A stretch of DNA of 36,410 nt from a bacterium. GTDB lineage: Bacteria > Cyanobacteriota > Vampirovibrionia > Gastranaerophilales > Gastranaerophilaceae. The stretch lies in NCBI GenBank assembly GCA_017406505.1, contig JAFQYI010000108.1:1-36410 (forward strand), read 5' to 3'. Shown one piece after another: positions 17,720-25,655 of this stretch. The notes under the pieces were generated by a model. It ran no database searches. It was not told the DNA's origin and was given only the letters and a program-made list of their open reading frames with translations. Within the stretch, counting starts at the first letter, position 1; every line of letters starts with the position of its first letter. Made by a program: the position numbers and the translations under genes.

Positions 17720-18964
17720 TTATATATGTATCATCTCATAAATTAGGTTCAGCTGGTCTTCGAAGTTAGGGTTGAGTTCTTTCCACAAAAATACGGCGAG
17801 GTGGTGGTCAAGATATTTTCGCATACTTGCCATAAACTTTTTGCGATAAAGAATGTTGTATTGTCTGCGTGCTTCTTTGACTTCCTCGGGTTGCTGACGT
17901 CGTTGTGGTAACTTCGATTTTAGAGGTTTTTGAGTGATAAAAACATTGTCATTATAGCAATACAAGCATATCGAAACATCGTTTATAAAAATTCTGACTT
18001 GCGGGATTTGTGGGTCAGAATCAAAATGTGCAGACAGTTCCTGATATTGTTTGTCATAAATTTTTGCTCGAATGTATTGATAAAAAGTTTCCGTTGTCGT
18101 GTTTCCCATATTTGCGATTTTTGCGGTTTGAGAAGCCGGTATCCCAAAGCAAAAGCATTTATAAATAATCTCAATTTGCTCTGTTGTTGCTAAATTATAG
18201 ACTTTCGGCAGGCGGTTTAGATTTCTGCGGACTTTTGGCTCTTCTTCTCTGTAATCCGGCATAAAATATTTAGGAAATATTCCCATCATACCTTCTGTTT
18301 GGTACTTTTTTCTTTTTGAATGAAACGCAGAATATGAAACCTTTAGCTTTGGATTCTTTAAAGGGATTATTTCTAAAAAACTCCGCAGTTCTCTGCAATT
18401 CATTCCTTCTGTCAATTTAAAAAGTTTCAAGTATCTGTAAATAAATTCTTTGCCTCTGTCTGAAGCCACAATATACAAACGTTCTTCCTCTTTGTTATGG
18501 AAAAGTTTTTTGACCTCTTTATCCATTGCTCGCCGTTCGGAATCTTCTAAAAAATCGTAGAGTTTTAGGGACGAACGTTTGATTAAATATTTCCCCTCTA
18601 AATCAGGCTCTTTGTTAGGTTTTACGACATAATTTCCTTTAAGACAATTCCTTTTTACCGTTTCTTCCTGAATATTCAGCAGTCTAGCAACTTCGGGTAT
18701 TGTGAGCCAAATATCAGAATCACTGTTTTTACTTGTGGGGACTGGTTTATTTACACGCTTTTTAAAATTTGTATATAGATATTCTGTATTTGATATCTTT
18801 TTAATTTGGTTTAAAGACTCTAAATCATTGAGTGCTTTTTGAATTGTTTTTTCATTTTCTTCAAGCATTGGAAGAATGTCAGGCAGAGTGAATTTATTAA
18901 GCCCTTTTGCTATTTTAAGAATTTTCATTTGTAAGTTCAATTTCTTCTGCGTCAGCATCGTCAT
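17720..18964 (-). CDS. third transposition-module protein of transposon 1 (multi-HTH DNA-binding protein)
   Basis: The N-terminal wHTH resembles that of the 508-aa protein at 31631..33157. DIWLTIPEVARLLNIQEETVKRNCL resembles the N-terminal HTH of the transposase. The FIYRYLKLFKLTEGMNCRELRSFLE..VSYSAFHSKRKKYQTEGMMG region resembles Mu-type DNA-binding domains. The start is ambiguous (18964, 18958 or 18928) and overlaps the ATPase gene. Confidence 0.6.
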   Translation of the reverse strand: MTMLTQKKLNLQMKILKIAKGLNKFTLPDILPMLEENEKTIQKALNDLESLNQIKKISNTEYLYTNFKKRVNKPVPTSKNSDSDIWLTIPEVARLLNIQEETVKRNCLKGNYVVKPNKEPDLEGKYLIKRSSLKLYDFLEDSERRAMDKEVKKLFHNKEEERLYIVASDRGKEFIYRYLKLFKLTEGMNCRELRSFLEIIPLKNPKLKVSYSAFHSKRKKYQTEGMMGIFPKYFMPDYREEEPKVRRNLNRLPKVYNLATTEQIEIIYKCFCFGIPASQTAKIANMGNTTTETFYQYIRAKIYDKQYQELSAHFDSDPQIPQVRIFINDVSICLYCYNDNVFITQKPLKSKLPQRRQQPEEVKEARRQYNILYRKKFMASMRKYLDHHLAVFLWKELNPNFEDQLNLIYEMIHI

Positions 18965-19646
18965 TTTTTAGCACCTCCTTCAATGTTATTTCGTCTATTT
19001 CTTTTATACCGTTTGATTTTGCGACCTGTTCCGCTTTACTGATAGTTTTTACCAATTGCCTGAATCGGTTTGTGCGAGCGTATAAAAGCTTTTTTGCACA
19101 ATCCGTAAACGGAACTTCTGATAATTGGTCGATTATTGATGTTATGTCTTGTTTAGAGAATGGTTCAAATTTAATAATTTCCAACAACCTGTCATATAAA
19201 TGTTTGTGCCGTTGGAGCCTTTTATTAGCCGTACCCATCCCGACTAAAACAATAGGGACATTCGTTTTATCGTGAATGTCCCTTAAAGTTTCAACCGCCC
19301 GAGAATCAATCGTCAAATAGTCCGTCTCATCAACAATAATGGTTCTTGGGGTTTTGATTAATTGCGATACAACTTGATTGAAGATATCCGAGAACTTGTT
19401 ATAAGGAATCTCGCCTAATTCTTCAACCATCTCTTCAAGTAACCACCTAGCGGACATAAGATTAGCACTTCTGATTAGTATTGCATCATTTTGTGCTGCC
19501 CACCAAGTAATCGCGTAAGTTTTGCCAAGACCGGGTTCGCCATAAACAAGCCCCATACCTGGGACTCCGTCTTCTCTTTCTCGCAGCCGGTTCATCATCG
19601 AGATTAGCTGTTTTACGTTTTTGGTTTTTACAAAGACCTTTTTCAT
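18915..19646 (-). CDS. AAA+ transposition ATPase (MuB/TnsC/TniB-like)
   Basis: Walker A GEPGLGKT and Walker B IIVDETDYL. The start overlaps the transposase stop (TAATG). Confidence 0.85.
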   Translation of the reverse strand: MKKVFVKTKNVKQLISMMNRLREREDGVPGMGLVYGEPGLGKTYAITWWAAQNDAILIRSANLMSARWLLEEMVEELGEIPYNKFSDIFNQVVSQLIKTPRTIIVDETDYLTIDSRAVETLRDIHDKTNVPIVLVGMGTANKRLQRHKHLYDRLLEIIKFEPFSKQDITSIIDQLSEVPFTDCAKKLLYARTNRFRQLVKTISKAEQVAKSNGIKEIDEITLKEVLKNDDADAEEIELTNENS

Positions 19647-21730
19647 TACTGCTCCTTTCCGTATATTTCTTTGTACTCATCTGATTTTATATAGTTAGTT
19701 AGCCAAGTTCTATCCTCTTGGCAAATACACCCGTTTTGCATATGCCATTCGTAACGCTCGTAGGCACTCTTAAAAATTGGTCTTGCAACAATTGAAGTTT
19801 TAACTTTCGGCTCAAAATCCTGTTTCGGCTTTAATTCTGTTTTTTGTTCAGGTTGCACCGTTATTTCTTTAATCGGTTCGAGTTGAGGTGATCGGATATT
19901 TTGCATCAGCTCTTTTTCGAGATAATCCATATCCTCTAAATTAAAATGTTCCCGAACTGCCTTAATCGTTTTTCTGCGAAGCTTCTGTTGCTTTTCAATC
20001 TTTTGCTTGTAGTCCTCAATATCTTTAATATCGCCCATTTGATACGCAAGCGGGTGAGTTTCCGTTATACGGTTTGCCTTACATATAAATTCGCCCTTCA
20101 TTGAATAAACTTTGATATACGAAAGGTCAAACAAACTGTACTTTATAACTGTTTTTTCTTTGATTCCGTAGAGTGCCTCGTCAAAATAATCAGCTTTCAA
20201 AAATCTTATCCCGTTTCTGCCAATTGATTTTATTTCTTGTGCCATCATTAAATCATCAAGCGAGTTTTCGTCAATATTTTGTTTTTCAATTTCATTTAAA
20301 ACTTCTCGAATTGTTTTATCTTTTGCATTCGGACAAGGTTGAGAATGTTTAAATTCAAGCCATTTTTCTATCATTTTAAGAGCTTGTTCAATGGTTGGAG
20401 TAAAGCCAAATTTTTCGTGGATATTTTTGTGTAGCTTTTCATTTCGCATTAAATATGCCGGCTTATTTTCAATGCTTGTCCCGATATAGCTTGGAATGAG
20501 CTTTTCAAAACTTTCCTGAAAATCCAAAAAGAAACGCTCGATGACTTTGGCTCGAGCGTTATATGGAGTGGCATAAACAGGCTCTATTCCAAGCCTTTTG
20601 TAAACTCCTGTAAAACCTAATTCCTCGAACTTTTTATCCCCGTTAAAGAACTTGCTTTTGAAGGCTCTTCCGTTATCCTGATAAACGTATTCGGGAATAT
20701 GATCCATTTTTAAAATCGCATTACGCAGAGCAGACGCAATATTTTGCGTGCATTCTTCAAGCATAATGTCGTATCCGACAAGACCTCCGGATTTCCAATC
20801 CAAGAACCCAAGCAAAGTCGCCCTACAAGGTTTACCTGTAAACGGGTTTATTACTTGGAAGTTTAGCGTATGCCCATCGGTGACAAGTACTTGCCCAGCT
20901 TTTAAAAGCGAAGCATTTCTTACAATAAACGGGCTCACTTTATCCTTTAATGCTTTTTCTCCGTCTCGTGCAAGTGTCCATTTATCAAAATTGTTATTTC
21001 GAAACCATTCTGCGTACCTGCGGAAAGTAATGTCTTTGGGCAAAATTTCTTGCCCGCGTTCTTTTAAAATGTGCTTGGTTAATGAAATTGCTTTTCCTAT
21101 TGAAAAAGCACTCGGGGATAACAAAATCTGTATAAATATTTTAATCTGTTCTTCATTTAATGTTGTGCGGTATTCCTTACGGGTTGAATATTTATATTGT
21201 CCTACAAGTGCTGTCCAATCCTTGTTATAATCCAAAAGTGCTCGCCAGCGATAAAGTGAGCCTATTGAAACTTTACCTAAAATCTTAAAAATCTCTTCCT
21301 GAAACATCCCTGTATTATATAATTGCAGGAATTCTTTATCTGGGATATTCCCGTTGGTTTTGAGCTTGTCCCTTTTATATTCTTTCCTAAAATCAAGCCA
21401 AGCATAAATCAGGTCATATTTAGCAAGTGCAATTTTTCTTTGGTTTTCGGATATGAGTTTTTCTTGTTTGATATTGAGATTATTTAGTTCAATAACCTCG
21501 TTATCACAAGTTTTATAATCATCATAATATTCCTGAAAATACTTAAGCTGCAGTTCTTCTTCGAGTGTGGATAATTTAATTTTATATGTTTTTCCGCCTC
21601 TGATATTTTCAACTTTGTATTCATATTTATTTTGATTTAATGCAAGCCGAACAGCTCGACGAGTAATGTTTTTGAGCTTCGCAAGTGTCTCAACATCAAT
21701 CCAAATATCGTTATTATTAATGTCTGCCAT
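19646..21730 (-). CDS. DDE transposase of the Mu/TnsB (rve + Mu-transposase C-terminal) type, 694 aa
   Basis: N-terminal HTH (DIWIDVETLAKLKNITRRAVRLAL). Catalytic triad candidates are LVTDGHTL, YQDNGRAFKS and AKVIERFF. The long C-terminal region is shared at about 85% identity with the partial copy at 35631..36410. Confidence 0.85.
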   Translation of the reverse strand: MADINNNDIWIDVETLAKLKNITRRAVRLALNQNKYEYKVENIRGGKTYKIKLSTLEEELQLKYFQEYYDDYKTCDNEVIELNNLNIKQEKLISENQRKIALAKYDLIYAWLDFRKEYKRDKLKTNGNIPDKEFLQLYNTGMFQEEIFKILGKVSIGSLYRWRALLDYNKDWTALVGQYKYSTRKEYRTTLNEEQIKIFIQILLSPSAFSIGKAISLTKHILKERGQEILPKDITFRRYAEWFRNNNFDKWTLARDGEKALKDKVSPFIVRNASLLKAGQVLVTDGHTLNFQVINPFTGKPCRATLLGFLDWKSGGLVGYDIMLEECTQNIASALRNAILKMDHIPEYVYQDNGRAFKSKFFNGDKKFEELGFTGVYKRLGIEPVYATPYNARAKVIERFFLDFQESFEKLIPSYIGTSIENKPAYLMRNEKLHKNIHEKFGFTPTIEQALKMIEKWLEFKHSQPCPNAKDKTIREVLNEIEKQNIDENSLDDLMMAQEIKSIGRNGIRFLKADYFDEALYGIKEKTVIKYSLFDLSYIKVYSMKGEFICKANRITETHPLAYQMGDIKDIEDYKQKIEKQQKLRRKTIKAVREHFNLEDMDYLEKELMQNIRSPQLEPIKEITVQPEQKTELKPKQDFEPKVKTSIVARPIFKSAYERYEWHMQNGCICQEDRTWLTNYIKSDEYKEIYGKEQ

Positions 21731-21866
21731 ACCGTATCCTTATTTATTATACAGCTACTGTATGTTAGACTGCTTTCTCTCAAAATGGAAGTGTTTGAGG
21801 GGGAAATATGTTGTTTTGAGTCAGATTATATCTGAATTTTAAGCAGAAAATTTTATAAAACTGTTT

Positions 21867-21907
21867 TTGAACACCTTTTAAACGCAATTTAAACAAGATT
21901 TGAATTC
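21867..21907 (-). repeat. right inverted-repeat/array of transposon 1: four 11-bp-phased TT(G/A)AAC-type motifs
   Basis: TTGAACAC 21867, TTAAACGC 21878, TTAAACAA 21889, TTGAATTC 21900. Inverted relative to 14177-14228 and about 140 bp upstream of the transposase start. Confidence 0.6.
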
Positions 21908-22298
21908 AAGATTTTGGAAAAATTTGCGTTTTTCTCTCAATTCTGCTTCCTGCTTTGAGGGGTAAAATTAATCCGATATTTTTTACACATACTTTTAGAA
22001 AAGTAATATATAAGTTTTGGAATTTATTTCGATAAAATATTTATAAAATAAAATCAGGGAAGCGATTTCCCACTAAAAAAATTACTTCCGACTTAGGGGT
22101 AAATATCATAGAATTATGCGAAATAATTAAAATTCTAAAACGCACAATGTGCGGGGTTTTTCCGAGTTTAGTATAAATTTCGAATGGTAAATTGCATAAA
22201 ATGTCCGCTTTTTGCACTCGGCTGTAACTCAAATATAATAGGGAAACTTGGTGATTTTTAAAAACATTATGGAAAAATACTGGACTTTTGTGTCCTAA

Positions 22299-22540
22299 TA
22301 ACCGGACATTTCGGACTTTTCAAAACCCCGACTCTCAGACTTGGGGAAGCGGGTAAAACTCAAACACAAAGCCAAACACCGCGATTAAGAATAGCAAAAA
22401 CCGATTTCAAAAGTGTCCGAAAAACCATATAGACAGTTAAAATTGAACAAGTCGGACAATGAAATTGAAAAGTTTAATTTTGCGTTTAATTAAGTCGGAA
22501 ATTGTTCAATTCTATCTGTCAGACAGTTCAAATTGAAAAG
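22299..22540 (+). repeat. dense array of short repeats in a 900-bp non-coding gap
   Basis: (T/C)CGGA(C/A) cores at 22302, 22311, 22451 and 22494 on the plus strand, and at 22413-22424 inverted. Three copies of GACA(G/A)T.AAATTGAA lie at 22431, 22455 and 22521. AATTGAACAA at 22441 has its inverse TTGTTCAATT at 22503. Confidence 0.6.
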
Positions 22541-22632
22541 ATAATTTGTTCAATACTAACTGATAATTAATTTATAGTAAGTTTATAATATTTTTGTTAT
22601 TATCAAATTAACAAAAGGTATAATTTGATTAT

Positions 22633-23286
22633 ATGAACTATAAAGTTATAGACAGAGAAGCATACTATCGAAAGGGAGTGTTCCGCCATTTCTCTGAAGA
22701 TTGCAAGTGTTCAACATCCATGACCGCAAGAATTGATGTTACTAATCTTGTTAATTATTCCAAAGAATCAGGAACAAAGTTCTATATTAACTTCCTTTAT
22801 ATTTTATCTAAGGTACTTAATTCTCGTGAGGATTACAGGATGGGATATCTTTACCAAACTGATGAACTAATCTGTTATGATGTAATCAATCCCACACAAT
22901 ACGTTTTTCATGAAGATACTGAAACTTGTACTCCTGTTTATACAAAATATGATAATGATTATGAAAAGTTCTATGACAAGGCTTTAAGCGATATTGAAAA
23001 TGCTAAAAAGACAAGGGAATATTTGCTTGATATGGCAAACCATCCTAACTGGTTTGATGCATCATTTATACCTTGGCTCTCTTATGATGCTCTAAATATC
23101 GAATTACCTGACGGTCATTTGTTTTTTGCTCCAATTATTAATTGGGGAAAATACAGAGAAGAAAATGGAAAACTTGTTATGCCTGTAAGTGTTCGTTTGA
23201 ATCATGCAATTGCAGATGGATATTTAGTTGCAAACGTATTTCGCCTCTTGGAACAGGAAATTAATTTATTTGTTAAACGTTTATAA
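22633..23286 (+). CDS. cat: type-A chloramphenicol O-acetyltransferase
   Basis: 217 aa with the CAT-family pattern throughout (REAYYRKGVFRHF..., INFLYILSKVLN, WFDASFIPW) and the catalytic-His motif as SVRLNHAIADGY. A TATAAT box lies about 15 nt upstream. Confidence 0.85.
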   Translation: MNYKVIDREAYYRKGVFRHFSEDCKCSTSMTARIDVTNLVNYSKESGTKFYINFLYILSKVLNSREDYRMGYLYQTDELICYDVINPTQYVFHEDTETCTPVYTKYDNDYEKFYDKALSDIENAKKTREYLLDMANHPNWFDASFIPWLSYDALNIELPDGHLFFAPIINWGKYREENGKLVMPVSVRLNHAIADGYLVANVFRLLEQEINLFVKRL

Positions 23287-23339
23287 AGAGACCGTTAAAA
23301 ATAAGCTGATAAAATGCTTAAAACTCTCTGATAACTTTT

Positions 23340-23681
23340 TTATGAAATTTGTCTCTTAATCCATTCCATTATTATTGAAACAAGATACTCTTGCTCGGAT
23401 TTGGTTAGTTCCCTGTGTTGAGGAAATTTGTGCCATTTTTCAATACACCCACGACAGCAAGTAGCAGTTGCGTGTTGGGCGATAAAAACAGGATGCCCAC
23501 GCATTGGAGTTTGTTTACCATCATTCTCAGGATCTGCCGGAGCAACCCTATCCCGAATAAAATCGCAGGCATGAGAATAGATTTTATCCATTCCTTTATC
23601 TTTTATATATTCAAGTTCTTTAGAACGGAGTTTAAATCTGCTTCTGAACTTTGACTTTGCTAATCGATCCAAGATTTCCAT
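23340..23681 (-). CDS. DUF4186-family protein, copy 2
   Basis: Same signature as copies 1 and 3. 113 aa, about 89% identical to copy 3, convergent with cat. Confidence 0.8.
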   Translation of the reverse strand: MEILDRLAKSKFRSRFKLRSKELEYIKDKGMDKIYSHACDFIRDRVAPADPENDGKQTPMRGHPVFIAQHATATCCRGCIEKWHKFPQHRELTKSEQEYLVSIIMEWIKRQIS

Positions 23682-23989
23682 AAAATAATTATAATATATT
23701 AAGTTTTGTTTTGGTAAGTTTATACTAACTAAATTAAAAGAGAGTTGTTTAATAAATTAAATGCTCTCTTTTTTTATTAGTATAAATATACTAATCACTT
23801 TCAGAGTGGGCTTTTCAGCCATTTTGTATTTTTTATAATAGACTTATCCTGAAAGTTAGAAAACTTACATTAAATATATGATTTTTGTAAAAAGTCATAG
23901 TCAAGTTGCCTAACCGGGGAATATATGGAAATCAAAAAAATTGGTATTATAAAATCGTAAAATAGTGCCAAGTTAAGGAATTGATTTTA

Positions 23990-24187
23990 ATGAATCACGT
24001 GGTAAATCAAAAAACTATTTTAACAAAATTCATTATTATGTCTTTAGATATAAAACAAAAATCAATTGCTAATGATTTACACATTTCCCAAGCACAAGTA
24101 AGCAGACTAATTGCAGGTGAACAGTATAATCCTGATTTTGATGAATGGATTATGCACCAACTTAAAGAAAAAGTTTATTGCAATTAG
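23990..24187 (+). CDS. small HTH regulator (Ner/XRE-like)
   Basis: IKQKSIANDLHISQAQVSRLIAGEQ helix-turn-helix. Sits immediately upstream of the transposase-type N-terminal gene, as ner sits upstream of A in Mu-type elements. The ATG at 23990 is preferred over the track TTG at 23981. Confidence 0.5.
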   Translation: MNHVVNQKTILTKFIIMSLDIKQKSIANDLHISQAQVSRLIAGEQYNPDFDEWIMHQLKEKVYCN

Positions 24188-24194
24188 GAGAAAG

Positions 24195-24951
24195 ATGCAG
24201 AATTCCCATTGGGTAGATATATATAAATAAATTGGCTGAGATTTTGGGTTTTAATGTAGAGACGTTAAGACGGTCTTGTGCCAATAATAAATATATTAAC
24301 CGATTTAAAAAATCCGGGAAATATAAACACTACGAAATTGATATTACATCTCTTTCTGAAAATTATTTAAATAAATATAATAAGTATTTTGAAAAAGATA
24401 ATAATAACTTGCAGTTAAATTCGGAAGAATATTCAAATGCTCAAGAATGGCAAAGAAAACAAGCGGATAAATATCTCGAATTAATTACTTTAACTGACGG
24501 GTTGTCGCATAATAAAGTAATTGAATTCCTTAAAAATTGGAATATTGCGCATCCTGATAAAAAAGTTTGCTACACCTCACTATATTATGCAAAACAAAAA
24601 TACGAAGAGTCAGGTGTTGCAGGTTTATTGTCAAAAAAGGGACAGGGTAATAATCACAGAATTATTCCTGATGATTATTATGAATATTATAAAAGTTTAT
24701 ATTTAAGAGAAGGTGCGCCATCAGCGTTTTTCTGTTGGCAAGCAACTTTAGGATATGCAAAAGATAAAGACAATGTTGATATCCTAAAATTCCCTTCATA
24801 TAAAACATTTGAAAGTTACCGAAAAACACAATTGAATAAATATTCTTGGAACTTCAAAGACGACAATTCTTTGGAGTTTAATTTTTATTTTGAACTACAT
24901 TGGAATTTTAATCACTTTGGAAATTCTAATTGGTATATAGAAAGAATGTAG
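24195..24951 (+). pseudogene. frameshifted gene for a Mu-transposase-type N-terminal DNA-binding protein without a DDE core
   Basis: AGGAGAAAG-ATG at 24195 gives MQNSHWVDIYK*. The reading continues in the +1 frame (track ORF from the TTG at 24232), and the shift falls in the (AT)n run 24217-24225. HWVDI..LAEILGFNVETLRRSCANNKY parallels DIWIDVETLAKLKNITRRAVRLALNQNKY of the 694-aa transposase. No catalytic domain is present, and the last 47 aa are the repeated tail. Confidence 0.5.
24806..24948 (+). repeat. second copy of the 143-bp segment (see 15307-15449)
   Basis: Direct alignment by eye. Confidence 0.9.
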
Positions 24952-24952
24952 G

Positions 24953-25645
24953 TTAAATACTTCTTTGATAATTCCATATTAAGTGGTCTAATAATCTTAA
25001 ATTTAAATTGGGATATTCTTTTTTAAGTATTTCGCAACTTTGTTGTAATAAGGCTTGTGCATCTTGAATACTAACATTTTCATTAAGAATAGATTTTAAA
25101 AATGACAAAATTTGCCTATCAGGTTTTATTAAATTATCGTTTCCAGCAAGCATTAAAAAATATTTCAATGAGATTCCACTTCTTTGTCCGGGAATTTGCA
25201 TTATTTCTTCCGATATATAAAGATAGTTACTGTATAATTTGGGCATATCTTGGAAATAATCTATGCCATATTTGTTTAAAACTTTAGCAAATAAAAATAC
25301 AGCTTCAGATTTTAAAATACCATTTTGAGCAGATGTTCTGTTCCTGTTATCGAAGACCTTATTTGTAAAATCATATTTGTCTTCTAAATTAAGGAATTCA
25401 CTTATTGACTGCTGTTCTTCTTTTATAGGAACATCTTGAATGTTTTCTCTAATCTTATTCAATTTAAAAAAATTGCAATATTTTTGAACAACAGATTGCG
25501 TTGTCTGATATTTTATTCCTATAGAAAATACTGCATCGATTATACATAATGGTAAACTTTGATAATAATATTCATTACCAAGCTTCGCATTTCTTAAATT
25601 TAAATTATTTCTACAGAAATTAGCAATAAATTCGGTTTGTGTCAT
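24953..25645 (-). CDS. hypothetical 230-aa protein with a possible helix-hairpin-helix (glycosylase-like) segment
   Basis: IPGQRSGISLKYFLMLAGNDNLIKPDRQILSFL resembles the HhH-Gly-rich loop followed by Asp of HhH-GPD enzymes; this is a weak call. It starts 10 nt after the DUF262/DUF1524 gene. Confidence 0.5.
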   Translation of the reverse strand: MTQTEFIANFCRNNLNLRNAKLGNEYYYQSLPLCIIDAVFSIGIKYQTTQSVVQKYCNFFKLNKIRENIQDVPIKEEQQSISEFLNLEDKYDFTNKVFDNRNRTSAQNGILKSEAVFLFAKVLNKYGIDYFQDMPKLYSNYLYISEEIMQIPGQRSGISLKYFLMLAGNDNLIKPDRQILSFLKSILNENVSIQDAQALLQQSCEILKKEYPNLNLRLLDHLIWNYQRSI

Positions 25646-25655
25646 ATAAATTATC

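Larger units (their letters stand above)
14177..21907 (-). mobile_element. candidate ~7.7-kb Mu/Tn7-superfamily transposon (transposase, AAA+ ATPase, third gene, small cargo)
   Basis: Inverted 11-bp-phased motif arrays enclose the three overlapping transposition genes and the cargo. No phage structural genes are present. Exact termini and any target-site duplication were not resolved. Confidence 0.45.

Noticed and set aside
20748-21230. 160-aa plus-strand ORF inside the transposase gene, and similar antisense ORFs in the UvrA-paralogue, helicase, DUF262 and 508-aa genes.
   Set aside because: These are shadow ORFs opposite long, motif-supported genes. None has a start context or a recognisable motif.
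14189-21884. The perfect 15-bp inverted repeat taken alone as proof of transposon ends.
   Set aside because: In 36 kb of ~70% AT sequence I estimate several 15-mer matches by chance. It is accepted only in combination with the 11-bp-phased motif arrays and the position relative to the transposase gene.
14177-21907. Interpretation as a Mu-like prophage.
   Set aside because: Only the transposase, the ATPase, a Ner-like gene elsewhere and a gp27-like HTH protein are present. No portal, capsid, tail or lysis genes are seen, and the size is about 7.7 kb.
21978-21994. ATATTTTTTACACATAC resembles the 24-bp repeats of transposon 2 (CATTTTTTACACGAAA), suggesting a shared end sequence.
   Set aside because: It is a single, partial, T-rich match. 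It lies in the same rather than inverted orientation relative to the gene order, so it is consistent with chance.
22041-22232. 63-aa minus-strand ORF in the large intergenic gap.
   Set aside because: It has no SD, lies across repeat and hairpin sequences, and has low-complexity composition. It is probably non-coding.
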